Of a stretch of 64,000 nt of DNA, positions 40,385-50,180 are shown piece after piece. Location of the stretch: the NCBI GenBank assembly GCA_963667015.2, contig CAXXJJ010000004.1, positions 1,120,001 through 1,184,000 on the forward strand, written 5' to 3'. The number at the start of each line of letters is the position of its first letter. Position 1 is the stretch's first letter. The notes beneath the pieces were generated by a model. It saw only the letters and a program-made list of their open reading frames with translations. It was not told where the DNA came from and ran no database searches. The position numbers and the translations under genes are program-made. This DNA comes from Desulfatiglandales bacterium. Its GTDB lineage: Bacteria > Desulfobacterota > DSM-4660 > Desulfatiglandales > HGW-15.

Positions 40385-42100
40385 TTAAGCAACATACTTA
40401 CACTTCTTCAAGTGGTCAATATCAATCCCAAAGTCTATATTGACGATAACATCCTGATACAGTTTCTCCGGTTCATATCTCTTCCCATATCTCCCGAAGG
40501 TCATATCTTCATCAGAGTGACCTGTAAGCTGTTTAACCATTGAGCGTTCAAAGTCGTTCTGCTTCAGGTAGTTTATAAAGGTATGCCGGAATGAATGGAA
40601 GGATTTACCCACTTCATCAATACCGCATTTCTTTTTGATGTGGCCTGAGAACCACGGGGAAACATGGTGTCCATATCGATGCTGTACCCTTTTCAGTTCA
40701 TAGAATATCCTGTCTTTCTTCTTTGATTTCATCTTCTGGACATACTCAGGAAATCTCAAAGTTTCCACTAAATGTGGATGTAAAGGTATTTCTCTGATAG
40801 AGTCAACATTCTTAATCTCTTTATCGTCCTTATCATTGATGTCCATTATCCAGATATCACCCTCAAGCCGGATATCATCAGGTGTTAACTGGCAGATTTC
40901 TTCAAGTCTTGCTCCGGTGTAAAGCCCTAAGAGAGGTATCCAGAATTTATATGGACTTGCAAACCTACCTTCAGGAATGAATGTGTCAGGCTCAAATATC
41001 TTTTTAAGGTCATCAGTTTCAAATACCTTCCGGCCTTCGTCTGTCCTCTTTTTGCGTTTCTTCTGCGATATCTGTAAGCCCCTTGCAGGATTCTCCTTGA
41101 TATAATTATTATCTCTTGCCCAATTAAACAGACCGCTTGCATACCCTAAATACTTGTTAATGGTGGTTATGGACAGTTTATTATGAGATTCACCTATCTT
41201 GATTATTTCCTCAATGGTCTTACCTTGATACCTTTGAGAATTCAAGAACTTAGGCAACTTTTGCAAGATGGCTTTACAATCTCGCATTGTTGAGAAGTTG
41301 ACTGTTTGAACAGGCACATCACCGAGAATCATAATCAGTACATTCTCACAGGTTTTAATATCATCTATTGTACGCTTCTTCCAATTGCCTGAATCAATAT
41401 TCTCTTTTCGATATGCCTCTATGATTACTGACAGCAACTCTGTTGAGTCCTCTTCTGGTTCAGCTTCACGAATCACGGAGGTTTGAACAGGTGGTATACC
41501 CTTTGCAGTGTTTAACAGGTCATCAATGGTTAAGTCAGGATTCTTCCTCATTTCAATTATAAGTTCTAAGGCTTTAATGTCAGACCGAAGTGCCTCCTTC
41601 AGGAGTCTTTTATATTCTATGGAATCCCTGTCAGTATCGGCTATACTGATTCCTGCATCTTCAAGGGTAAGCTGAAGGGAACGTTCGGCTATCTTGAAGT
41701 TTCCTAAGTGTAAAGCTTCAAGGCGGTCAGAATGTGGGCCGTCTAACTCAGTAATCCAGTTCATATACTGATCGTCATTCTGCAATGGTCTTTCCCGTCT
41801 CAATATCATTTCTTCTTCATCTTCTAAAGCTTGTCTGATTGAGTTATCAAGTAATGTCTGTACTTCTCTGTTATTAAGTTCTTTCACTGATTTTCGCATA
41901 TCTCGCTTTACTCTCCTGAATAAATGCTGAACTATTCCTGCTGTTCTTCGTGCTCTGTATTTAGCTTCACCTTGTGAACCAGTTGTAAGTGTGTACCTCA
42001 GCTCTTTCTTACCTATTATCACCTGAAGGTCAATAGGAACTCGAATACGGAAGCACCATGATGACTGTTGACGAACTAAATAGGATGGATTGTTTCTCAT
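40385..42100 (-). CDS. tyrosine recombinase/integrase with N-terminal DUF6538-like arm-binding domain
   Basis: FRIRVPIDL..GKKELRYTL; YTGARLEEI, FHSFRHT, LTGH, MTFGRY catalytic motifs. Confidence 0.92.
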   Translation of the reverse strand: MRNNPSYLVRQQSSWCFRIRVPIDLQVIIGKKELRYTLTTGSQGEAKYRARRTAGIVQHLFRRVKRDMRKSVKELNNREVQTLLDNSIRQALEDEEEMILRRERPLQNDDQYMNWITELDGPHSDRLEALHLGNFKIAERSLQLTLEDAGISIADTDRDSIEYKRLLKEALRSDIKALELIIEMRKNPDLTIDDLLNTAKGIPPVQTSVIREAEPEEDSTELLSVIIEAYRKENIDSGNWKKRTIDDIKTCENVLIMILGDVPVQTVNFSTMRDCKAILQKLPKFLNSQRYQGKTIEEIIKIGESHNKLSITTINKYLGYASGLFNWARDNNYIKENPARGLQISQKKRKKRTDEGRKVFETDDLKKIFEPDTFIPEGRFASPYKFWIPLLGLYTGARLEEICQLTPDDIRLEGDIWIMDINDKDDKEIKNVDSIREIPLHPHLVETLRFPEYVQKMKSKKKDRIFYELKRVQHRYGHHVSPWFSGHIKKKCGIDEVGKSFHSFRHTFINYLKQNDFERSMVKQLTGHSDEDMTFGRYGKRYEPEKLYQDVIVNIDFGIDIDHLKKCKYVA

Positions 42101-42218
42101 ACTCAGTTACTCCATTTTGTGTATACAGATGTGTATACAGGTTGTGGTTTCATGAAGTAACCGAGATGATATAGACCTGCAAATACTTGATATTAGTCAG
42201 GAATTAGATATTAAGGAA

Positions 42219-42302
42219 TGCCGGAGGTCGGAATCGAACCGACACGGACATACGTCCACAGGATTTTGAGTCCAGCGCGTCTACCAGTTTCACCACTCCG
42301 GC
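42219..42302 (-). tRNA. tRNA-Leu(CAA), CCA not encoded
   Basis: GCCGGAGTGGTGAAACTGGTAGAC..CTCAAAA..GGTTCGATTCC..CTCCGGCA, long variable arm. Confidence 0.95.
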
Positions 42303-42317
42303 TTGATTGGTTAGGGG

Positions 42318-42380
42318 ATTATAAATGATATAAATTTGATGTCAATATCTTATTGACATCAAATTCAGTTATGCTATTAT
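42318..42380. promoter_or_regulatory. back-to-back sigma70 promoters for tRNA-Leu and tRNA-Ala
   Basis: Minus: TTGACA-N16-TATAAT; plus: TTGACA-N16-TATTAT. Confidence 0.75.
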
Positions 42381-42394
42381 TCCAAATTCTTCAC

Positions 42395-42470
42395 GGGGCT
42401 GTAGCTCAGTTGGGAGAGCGCTTGACTGGCAGTCAAGAGGTCGTCGGTTCGATCCCGATCAGCTCCACCA
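42395..42470 (+). tRNA. tRNA-Ala(GGC)
   Basis: GGGGCTGTAGCTCAG..CTTGACTGGCAGTCAAG..GGTTCGATCC..CTCCACCA, 76 nt. Confidence 0.97.
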
Positions 42471-42490
42471 TAAAATACGTTTATAAAAAT

Positions 42491-42523
42491 AAAAGGTTAG
42501 CAAGTTTAGAGCTAACCTTTTTT
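42491..42523 (+). terminator. intrinsic terminator after tRNA-Ala
   Basis: AAAAGGTTAGC..GCTAACCTTTTTTT. Confidence 0.75.
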
Positions 42524-42643
42524 TATGTCGTTTTACTTTTGCTTGCATATAGATTACAGGGTATGTAACCAATTATATTTAAATCTCAAGTATGCTTTTT
42601 AAAAGATGATAAAATAATAAAAAGGAGGATTAAGAAAAACATT

Positions 42644-42670
42644 TAAGCAATATGTTTTTATTGCCGATAT
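42644..42670 (+). promoter_or_regulatory. sigma28-type promoter
   Basis: TAAG-N15-GCCGATAT. Confidence 0.6.
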
Positions 42671-42832
42671 GATAAATATATATAATCTGGTATAAGCCCC
42701 TAAGGCAGATACCTTATCCTAACAAGACTTCTAATTCTGTTATAAAATAATCACAGGACTCTCACCTTCTATAATTTTAGCGCTGCTACTGAAATATGCT
42801 TTGCGTTTGCTCATATTAAAAGGAGTAAAGTT

Positions 42833-44350
42833 TTGAGTGAAAACATATATAAATGGATTGAGTCAGGCAAGAATCTGCCTGTCTTATCGGGTTCAATAGC
42901 AAAATTGATTAATCTTACTGAAAGTGATAATTCCGACATTTCCCAGATCTCAGATGTAATCAAGAGGGATATTGGTTTGTCCGCTGCTATTATGAGAATA
43001 ACAAACTCTTCCGCATTTGGGCTTTTAAGAAAAATAACCTCCATCGATCAGGCTGTTGTACTTTTGGGATTTACTGCTGTCAGAAATATTGCCCTCGCGG
43101 TTGGTGTAGTTGATCTGTTTTCACCTTCGGAATCCCCTGTTTTATCAAAAATATGGCAGAGGTCTATTTTAAGCGGTATAGCTGCACGTAAATTATGTTC
43201 TTTAAACGGGAATAAAAATCATGAAGATGCCTTTACCAATGGTCTTTTGTTTGACATTGGATTAATCGCCTTTTATGCATTTGATAAGGCGCTGGCCAAT
43301 CAATTGGTCGAAAGAATGGAGAGCAATGGAAGGTTATCCATTGATGAAGAAAGAGAACTTCTGGGAGTAGATCATGTAGAAGTAGGCGGTTTACTGGCTG
43401 AAAAATGGGGTCTGCCTGATAAAATCAAATTATCAATCTTAAATCATCACAGGAAGCCGGATCATGAATCCCTAAATTCCAAGGATTTAAACGTATCACC
43501 TGTTTATTATTTAAGCTCCCTGGTCGGTGATATCTTTTATATTGGAAAGAAAAGTGACAGTATTAAAAAATTTATGGACGATAGCCATCTATTAATGGGA
43601 ATCGGATCAGAAAAAGCCGAAGAATTACTCAATGATATTCATCCGCTGCTGGTTGAAATTGCGTCATATTTCCAAATTGATGTGGGGACAGAAAAGAAAT
43701 ATGAAGAGATTATGCGTCAGGCTAATGAAGAAATTTTAAATATTGCAATATCAAATGAGACTACCAAGTACCATCTTACTCAGGCATTTAAAAGAGAAAA
43801 AAAACTAGCAAAAGAACTGGATAAAAAAATTGAAGAGCTTAAGGTTGCAGCCAGTAAAGACTCTTTGACAGGGTTATACAACAGGAAATTCCTGGATGAA
43901 ATTTTAGAAAAAGAATGGTACAGGTCAGAGCGAAATAATTATCCTCTTTCTATTGTCATGGCAGATATTGATGACTTCAAGAAAATAAACGATACCTATG
44001 GGCATAAAGTGGGTGACATTGTTCTGGTCAACATTGCCAGGGCTTTTGAAAAAAGAATAAGAAGAAATGATTACGTTGCGAGATATGGCGGTGAAGAGTT
44101 TGTTTTTATTTTTTCTGAAACTGATATTAGCGGTGCAGTTAAAATAGCAGAAATTCTCAATCAAATTGTTCTAGATCTTGACACTTCATTCATTAGTAAC
44201 AATAAATTTACTTTGAGTATAAGCTGTGGCGTTTCTACCGCTTACCCTGCGAAAGAAGGAGATAGTGTCGATGGTTTGATGAAAAGAGCTGATGATGCAT
44301 TATACGATGCCAAGAGGTCTGGAAAGAATCAAGTGAAAATAAAAAAATGA
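42833..44350 (+). CDS. HDOD-GGDEF diguanylate cyclase
   Basis: N-terminal HDOD; DIDDFKKIND.YGH..GD, RxxD I-site and GGEEF. Confidence 0.9.
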   Translation: MSENIYKWIESGKNLPVLSGSIAKLINLTESDNSDISQISDVIKRDIGLSAAIMRITNSSAFGLLRKITSIDQAVVLLGFTAVRNIALAVGVVDLFSPSESPVLSKIWQRSILSGIAARKLCSLNGNKNHEDAFTNGLLFDIGLIAFYAFDKALANQLVERMESNGRLSIDEERELLGVDHVEVGGLLAEKWGLPDKIKLSILNHHRKPDHESLNSKDLNVSPVYYLSSLVGDIFYIGKKSDSIKKFMDDSHLLMGIGSEKAEELLNDIHPLLVEIASYFQIDVGTEKKYEEIMRQANEEILNIAISNETTKYHLTQAFKREKKLAKELDKKIEELKVAASKDSLTGLYNRKFLDEILEKEWYRSERNNYPLSIVMADIDDFKKINDTYGHKVGDIVLVNIARAFEKRIRRNDYVARYGGEEFVFIFSETDISGAVKIAEILNQIVLDLDTSFISNNKFTLSISCGVSTAYPAKEGDSVDGLMKRADDALYDAKRSGKNQVKIKK

Positions 44351-44552
44351 TATATCAGATACATTTCACCTCTACCTGACAAGCAAAATTTACCAATCCG
44401 GTTATAGGAACCGAAACATCTATTGACATACAACACCTAACTCCATATACTTTACGCCTCAAATAATTAATATTTATCGAATTATTTGTCATTTTAAACA
44501 AAGATTTAAAATGGTCAGTGTCGGCTAAAGGGTTGCATTTTAAAGAGTCAAT

Positions 44553-45398
44553 ATGGCAAAAATATCTATCAGTTCTGAAGATTTTAAGCTCATGCGGGAA
44601 TTTATTGAACAGAGCTGCGGAATTTCTCTGGGAGATAATAAAGAATATCTGGTGGAAACCCGTTTGTCGGATATCTTATCCGAGGCCGGATGCGAAACAT
44701 ACAAAGATCTCTGCATTAAAGCAAAAAACGATCCCAGGTCAGGGCTGCGGGATAAAATCGTAGATGCCATGACCACCAATGAAACCTTATGGTTTAGGGA
44801 TAAATATCCGTTTGATTTATTAAAAAGCGATATTCTTCCGGCATACAGTAAAGAATTCGCTTCAGGTAAGCGGAAAAATATTCGTATATGGTGTGCCGCC
44901 TGTTCCACTGGGCAGGAGCCCTATTCCGCTGTGATGACATTCATGGAATATGCGAAAAATTCCACCCCCCTGAAGCTGGATCATCTGGAAGTTGTGGCAA
45001 CAGATATTTCACCTTCTGCACTCTATATCGCAAATGCCGGTTTGTATGATGACTTTGCCATTGGCAGAGGCATGACGCCGGCATATCAGAAGTCATATTT
45101 TGAAAAAAAGGGACGCTTCTGGGCTATTACCAATGAAGTCAAAAAAACCATCCGGTTTAAACGCTTCAATCTTCAAGACAGTTTTATGAGTCTGGGGAAA
45201 TTTGACATAGTTTTTTGTAGAAATGTTGCCATATATTTTTCTGATCAATTCAAGAAGGGGTTATTCGAAAAAATCTCAAAGGTACTGAACAAGGGCGGAT
45301 ATTTTTTCCTGGGAGGTTCAGAAACGATGAGTGGACACAGTGACCGGTTCAATATTCTTACATACAACAGAGGCCTTTACTATCAAATCAAGGAATAG
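44553..45398 (+). CDS. cheR: chemotaxis protein methyltransferase CheR
   Basis: TTNETLWFRD, IWCAACSTGQEPYS, FCRNVAIYF. Confidence 0.9.
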   Translation: MAKISISSEDFKLMREFIEQSCGISLGDNKEYLVETRLSDILSEAGCETYKDLCIKAKNDPRSGLRDKIVDAMTTNETLWFRDKYPFDLLKSDILPAYSKEFASGKRKNIRIWCAACSTGQEPYSAVMTFMEYAKNSTPLKLDHLEVVATDISPSALYIANAGLYDDFAIGRGMTPAYQKSYFEKKGRFWAITNEVKKTIRFKRFNLQDSFMSLGKFDIVFCRNVAIYFSDQFKKGLFEKISKVLNKGGYFFLGGSETMSGHSDRFNILTYNRGLYYQIKE

Positions 45399-45455
45399 TG
45401 TTTTATATCCGTATAACTTGTACCGGTATAAACCTTAATGTTAATGGAATAGAAA

Positions 45456-46331
45456 ATGATCAAACGAAAATTAATTCTTGCAAAACTGGATCAGGTAGAA
45501 GACCTGCCGACCTTTCCTGAGATCGCCAACAGGGTTAGAAAAAAACTGCAGGAACCCGATGTGAATATCAAGGACATCGCGAGTATCGTTGAGAATGACC
45601 CGGCACTGGCATCAAAGATTCTTAAATTGGCCAACTCTGCATATTATGGTTTCGGCCGTCAGTTCGGAAATGTACGTCAGGCCATTGTTCGAATGGGGCT
45701 TGCAGAGGTTGAGAAACTCACAATTGCCATGGGCGCCATGAAGGTTTTCAGCCAGAAAGGATTGCCTAAGAATTATTTCAAGGATTTTTGGACCCATTCA
45801 ATTATGGTGGCCCTGACCACCCGGGAAATAATCGCTTCATCTAAGGCATATTCCGAAGAAAAAGTCGATATTAACAATGCATTCACTGCCGGGCTTTTTC
45901 ATGCCATCGGTCGTTTAATACTTTTCCAGTATTTCCCGGGATACTTCATGGACATACTCGAACTGTCCAAAACCGAAGACATGGAATTGCATAAAATTGA
46001 AGAAAAAGAACTCGGAATTAATCATGCAGAAATTGGCGCAGTTATCCTGGATCACTGGAAACTTCCAAAGTTTATCTGTGACAGTGTAATGTTTCAATAC
46101 GAACCGGATCGATGTGACCAGGATACCAGAATATATTCCCAGGCAGTGCATTTATCCAATTTCTCTGTGTCAATGAATGGAAACCCGCTCCCTGACGGAA
46201 ACCTGCCCAAAGGCTTCAGCCATGGTGCCTGGTACGATCTGGAAATGAGTGAAGATATCAATGATCTTATCGAACGGGTAAGGAACAGTGAGGAAGGCGC
46301 ATCCATAATGGTATCTCTGGGAATTCAATAA
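45456..46331 (+). CDS. HDOD domain protein
   Basis: LPTFP, DPALASKILKLANSAYYG, FWTHS, NHAEIG..W.LP. Confidence 0.88.
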   Translation: MIKRKLILAKLDQVEDLPTFPEIANRVRKKLQEPDVNIKDIASIVENDPALASKILKLANSAYYGFGRQFGNVRQAIVRMGLAEVEKLTIAMGAMKVFSQKGLPKNYFKDFWTHSIMVALTTREIIASSKAYSEEKVDINNAFTAGLFHAIGRLILFQYFPGYFMDILELSKTEDMELHKIEEKELGINHAEIGAVILDHWKLPKFICDSVMFQYEPDRCDQDTRIYSQAVHLSNFSVSMNGNPLPDGNLPKGFSHGAWYDLEMSEDINDLIERVRNSEEGASIMVSLGIQ

Positions 46332-46370
46332 AGCCGGATACCTTAAATCCGGCCTGTCCAAAACGGCTGT

Positions 46371-46835
46371 TTAACTTAATTCATCAAAACATACTTCTAT
46401 TGTGAAACTGCTATTTGCACATGAAAACGGGATACCTATAACCCTGTCATCTGAGCTATGTTTTATTGAATGTTTTTCCCCCATTATTAATTCAGGTATG
46501 CCGGCTTTAATATTAAGGCCAAGTTCAAACAGTTTTTGTCTGGCCTGACCTGTTATAATATTGCATAGTTCTCCAACAGTATCTTTAATCTCATCATTCA
46601 TCTCAACCTCTGCATTAAAGAGACTTGATACAATATTCAGTATACAGGTCTCCTCAAAACTTATTGATAATGTCCCTGAGACATCACCTGTAAGTTCAAT
46701 AACAGCCGACACAACACCCCTGGCGATTCTGTCCTTTTTTATATAAGGGCTTCCACCTTCAGCTTTGATTTTGGCCATTGTATCAAGAACATGATAAGTG
46801 GATTCAATAAAGGGGTTGATATATTTTACATCCAA
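46371..46835 (-). CDS. cheX: chemotaxis phosphatase CheX family protein
   Basis: INPFIES, DTVGELCNIITG. Confidence 0.85.
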   Translation of the reverse strand: MDVKYINPFIESTYHVLDTMAKIKAEGGSPYIKKDRIARGVVSAVIELTGDVSGTLSISFEETCILNIVSSLFNAEVEMNDEIKDTVGELCNIITGQARQKLFELGLNIKAGIPELIMGEKHSIKHSSDDRVIGIPFSCANSSFTIEVCFDELS

Positions 46836-46894
46836 AATTAACTTTCTCCCAATTTATAATATATCATTTTTCCCGAAGATGGCTCCGTGAATTC

Positions 46895-46921
46895 TTATCG
46901 ACCTTTCTTCCCGGGACCTTA
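46895..46921 (-). promoter_or_regulatory. sigma28-type promoter for cheX
   Basis: Minus strand TAAG-N15-GTCGATAA. Confidence 0.6.
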
Positions 46922-47314
46922 AAACAATTAACCCTATCACTATCCCTATTTTATGCAAGTAAAAGCATTCACCCGGACCAATGATAGGTGACAGTGGGCA
47001 AATAATATCTATTCTTTAGACTGGATATACTCCCGACTAAAAATATTTAGCAACTGCAATTAAGGGATTATATGGTGTATTTGTTATACCTATTGTAGTT
47101 AATTTTTGAGTGCTTTTTTGACCTCTGTTAATTTCATGAAAATTCCCATTTTAAATATAAATTACAGATTTTTATGCAAGATGCCGATAAAAAGTATTGG
47201 ATTCCTCTACTGCTTTAAGAAATGAGGAATGATTTATAGAAAGGATTTTTGCATATTAAGAAATATTACCGAAAGACTGTTTTCCGGTAATATATTTTTG
47301 CATGTTTTAGACAG

Positions 47315-48193
47315 ATGTTTACGTCTGAGGAAAAGACAATTAAATTAGATAAGTTAATACAGTTAGTCGATAATTCTGAACTCTCTTCAATAAAAAATAT
47401 AGTAACCGGCCTGATAAGAATTATTAATGATCCAAAATCAACCGCCAGAGATCTGACTGATTTGATCCAGATTGACCCGCCCTTAACAGCTAAAGTGCTG
47501 AGACTTGCAAATTCGGCTTATTATTCACCCAGGGAAAAAGTAAGTGAGATAACCAGGGCCGTTATATGGGTAGGATATGATGCGATTAAAGAACTGGCGA
47601 TAAACCAGAAGGTATGTGAGATTTTCGTCGATGGTCAATTCAACGGTGAATATTCAAGGGAGATGCTATGGAGGCATTCACTGGCCGTGGCCCTGCTGGG
47701 TAAACTCATATATAGACGGGAATTCGGAGAGAGGGGGGAAAATATCTATGCTGCCGGTCTTCTGCATGAGATCGGAATAATTGTTAGTGATCAGCTTTTT
47801 CCGGATAAATTTCAACGCTTCCTGCAGCAATCAAAAATAGATGGGCAAAATCTTATTGAAGTCGAATATGAAGATTCAGGATATGACCATTCCCAATCAG
47901 GCCAGGCAATACTGGCACACTGGCAGATCCCGGAAGAGATTTGTTATGCAATCGGCAATCATCATACACCTGAAGATGCACCCAGCCAGTATATGAAAAT
48001 TGCCTATACGCTGTATATTGCCGATTATTTCTGCCAGAGAAGAAATGTTGGTTTCTGTGATGCGCTATTTGAATCGGAAAATACCTTTAACAGGTGCATG
48101 AAAGAACTGGGACTGGAGCATCATGCACTTGAACTCCTGTTTGAAAATGTTGCACTTGAAATGAAAAAGATGGAAGAACAGGGCTTTTTTTAA
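47315..48193 (+). CDS. HDOD domain protein
   Basis: DPPLTAKVLRLANSAYY, LWRHSLAVA, AGLLHEIG. Confidence 0.88.
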   Translation: MFTSEEKTIKLDKLIQLVDNSELSSIKNIVTGLIRIINDPKSTARDLTDLIQIDPPLTAKVLRLANSAYYSPREKVSEITRAVIWVGYDAIKELAINQKVCEIFVDGQFNGEYSREMLWRHSLAVALLGKLIYRREFGERGENIYAAGLLHEIGIIVSDQLFPDKFQRFLQQSKIDGQNLIEVEYEDSGYDHSQSGQAILAHWQIPEEICYAIGNHHTPEDAPSQYMKIAYTLYIADYFCQRRNVGFCDALFESENTFNRCMKELGLEHHALELLFENVALEMKKMEEQGFF

Positions 48194-48196
48194 GAA

Positions 48197-49981
48197 ATGG
48201 AACCTAAGAACAATATAGAAGAATTAAAAAACAGGATCAGTATCCTTGAAACACAGGTAAAACACCTGACAAATGACCTTCGTGTTACAAGGGAAGAGAA
48301 CGACATCTCCATGTCAAAATACCTCGAGCTTTATACCCAGATGGAAAGCAAGGTAGCTGAAAGAACACAACAATTGGAAGATGCTCATATTGTACTGGAA
48401 CGCAAGGGCAAAGAACTGGAAGTAATGCTTGACTCATCACCGGCTATTATTTTTTATAAAGACAATAACCTTAGATACCAGCGGACAAATAAAAGGTTTA
48501 CACAGCTTACAGGTCTTCCATTAAAGAAAATCATTGGAAAAAAATACAGTGATTTGTTTCCTGAAAATGATGATTACGGGCTTCATAATGATCTGGAAGT
48601 ATTGAAAAGCGGAACTCCGCTGTTAAATAAAAAGGAAGTTTTTAAAACTGCCGGTAAACAAAGAAAAATTTTAATAGATAGAATACCCTATAAAAATGAT
48701 GAAAATAAAATCGTTGGATTTATCGGTTTTGCCCTGGACATAACTGAACTGGAATCATCCGAAAAGCAGAAAAAAAAGCTGGAAAAGCAGCTAAACCGTG
48801 CCCAGAAGATGGAAACTATCGGTACCCTGGCAGGTGGTGTAGCCCATGATTTAAACAATGTCCTTTCGGGCCTTGTCAGTTATCCGGAGCTTTTACTCAT
48901 GAATATTCCTGATGAGAGCCCCCTTAAAAAACCTATCCTTGCCATTAAAAAATCAGGGGAAAAGGCCGCAGCTATAGTCCAGGATCTGCTGACCCTTGCA
49001 AGGAGAGGTGTTGTTTCAATGGATGTAATGAACCTTAACGATATTATCCTTGAGCACCTTGAGAGTCTTGAACATGCAAAATTAAAATCATATCATTCGA
49101 ATGTTTCATTTGATATAAATCTGGGCTCAGACCTGCTTAATATCAAAGGTTCTCAGGTCCATCTTTCCAAGGTTGTAATGAACCTGATATCAAATGCTGC
49201 AGAAGCAATGCCGGAAGGCGGAGCAATTTCAATCTCCACAGAGAACAGATATGTAGATACTCCTATGACAGGTTATGACAGAGTGGAGGAAGGTGATTAC
49301 GTAGTCCTCTCAATAACCGATACCGGGATAGGTATATCTCCCGAAGATATCGATCAGGTATTTGAGCCTTTTTATACCAAGAAAGTCATGGGGAGAAGCG
49401 GAACAGGGCTGGGAATGTCTGTTATATGGGGAACTGTCAAAGATCATAACGGCTATATTGATGTAAACAGTAAAGAGGGTCAGGGTACTGAAATAACAAT
49501 TTATTTCCCGGCTACAAGATTCGATGCCGCTAAAGAGAAGAAAGTTCCGGACATATCTTATTACAGAGGAAACGGCGAGAATATTCTGGTAGTTGATGAC
49601 ATACAGGATCAAAGAGAAATTGTTCTTTCAATGCTCGATACGCTGGGTTATACTGGTTGTGCAGTGGAGAGCGGAGAGGCGGCAATAGATTATCTGACAG
49701 ATAACTCAACGGATTTGATTCTACTCGACATGATAATGGATCCCGGTATAGATGGGCTTGATACATATAAAAAAGTACTGAAATTAAATCCTTCCCAGAA
49801 GGCACTGATTACAAGCGGTTTTTCAGAAACAGACAGGGTGAAAGAGGCACAGAATCTTGGAGCAGGCCAATACATAAAAAAACCCTACTCAATCAATAAA
49901 CTGGGGGAGGCAATTAAAGAAGAATTATGTAAAAACTCGAATTCTTTTTTCCATAAAAATAAAGACACTAGTTCATTCTAA
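48197..49981 (+). CDS. PAS-domain hybrid sensor histidine kinase/response regulator
   Basis: GVAHDLNN H-box, N/G boxes, C-terminal receiver (VVDD, LLDM, KP). Confidence 0.92.
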   Translation: MEPKNNIEELKNRISILETQVKHLTNDLRVTREENDISMSKYLELYTQMESKVAERTQQLEDAHIVLERKGKELEVMLDSSPAIIFYKDNNLRYQRTNKRFTQLTGLPLKKIIGKKYSDLFPENDDYGLHNDLEVLKSGTPLLNKKEVFKTAGKQRKILIDRIPYKNDENKIVGFIGFALDITELESSEKQKKKLEKQLNRAQKMETIGTLAGGVAHDLNNVLSGLVSYPELLLMNIPDESPLKKPILAIKKSGEKAAAIVQDLLTLARRGVVSMDVMNLNDIILEHLESLEHAKLKSYHSNVSFDINLGSDLLNIKGSQVHLSKVVMNLISNAAEAMPEGGAISISTENRYVDTPMTGYDRVEEGDYVVLSITDTGIGISPEDIDQVFEPFYTKKVMGRSGTGLGMSVIWGTVKDHNGYIDVNSKEGQGTEITIYFPATRFDAAKEKKVPDISYYRGNGENILVVDDIQDQREIVLSMLDTLGYTGCAVESGEAAIDYLTDNSTDLILLDMIMDPGIDGLDTYKKVLKLNPSQKALITSGFSETDRVKEAQNLGAGQYIKKPYSINKLGEAIKEELCKNSNSFFHKNKDTSSF

Positions 49982-50180
49982 CTTAACATTAACTTACAGC
50001 GCTTAACCCTAATATAATCCAGTATACTCCAATACTCTTCAAACTAAATCTCTTAAAAAATCTGTCAAGTTTTAGCCGCCTTATGACGATCAAGTAGTGG
50101 GCAGTGCTGCATTTCATATTAAATCCGGATAATTATCTGATACTGCCTTGCTGCCGCATTTATTTTAAAACAAAAAGGAA

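Larger units (their letters stand above)
28465..42233. mobile_element. ~13.8-kb integrative element in tRNA-Leu(CAA)
   Basis: 15-bp direct repeat of the tRNA 3' end, adjacent tyrosine integrase, arm-type repeats at both ends, accessory cargo. Confidence 0.9.

Noticed and set aside
42353..42568. 71-aa ORF in the track
   Set aside because: Overlaps tRNA-Ala; spurious
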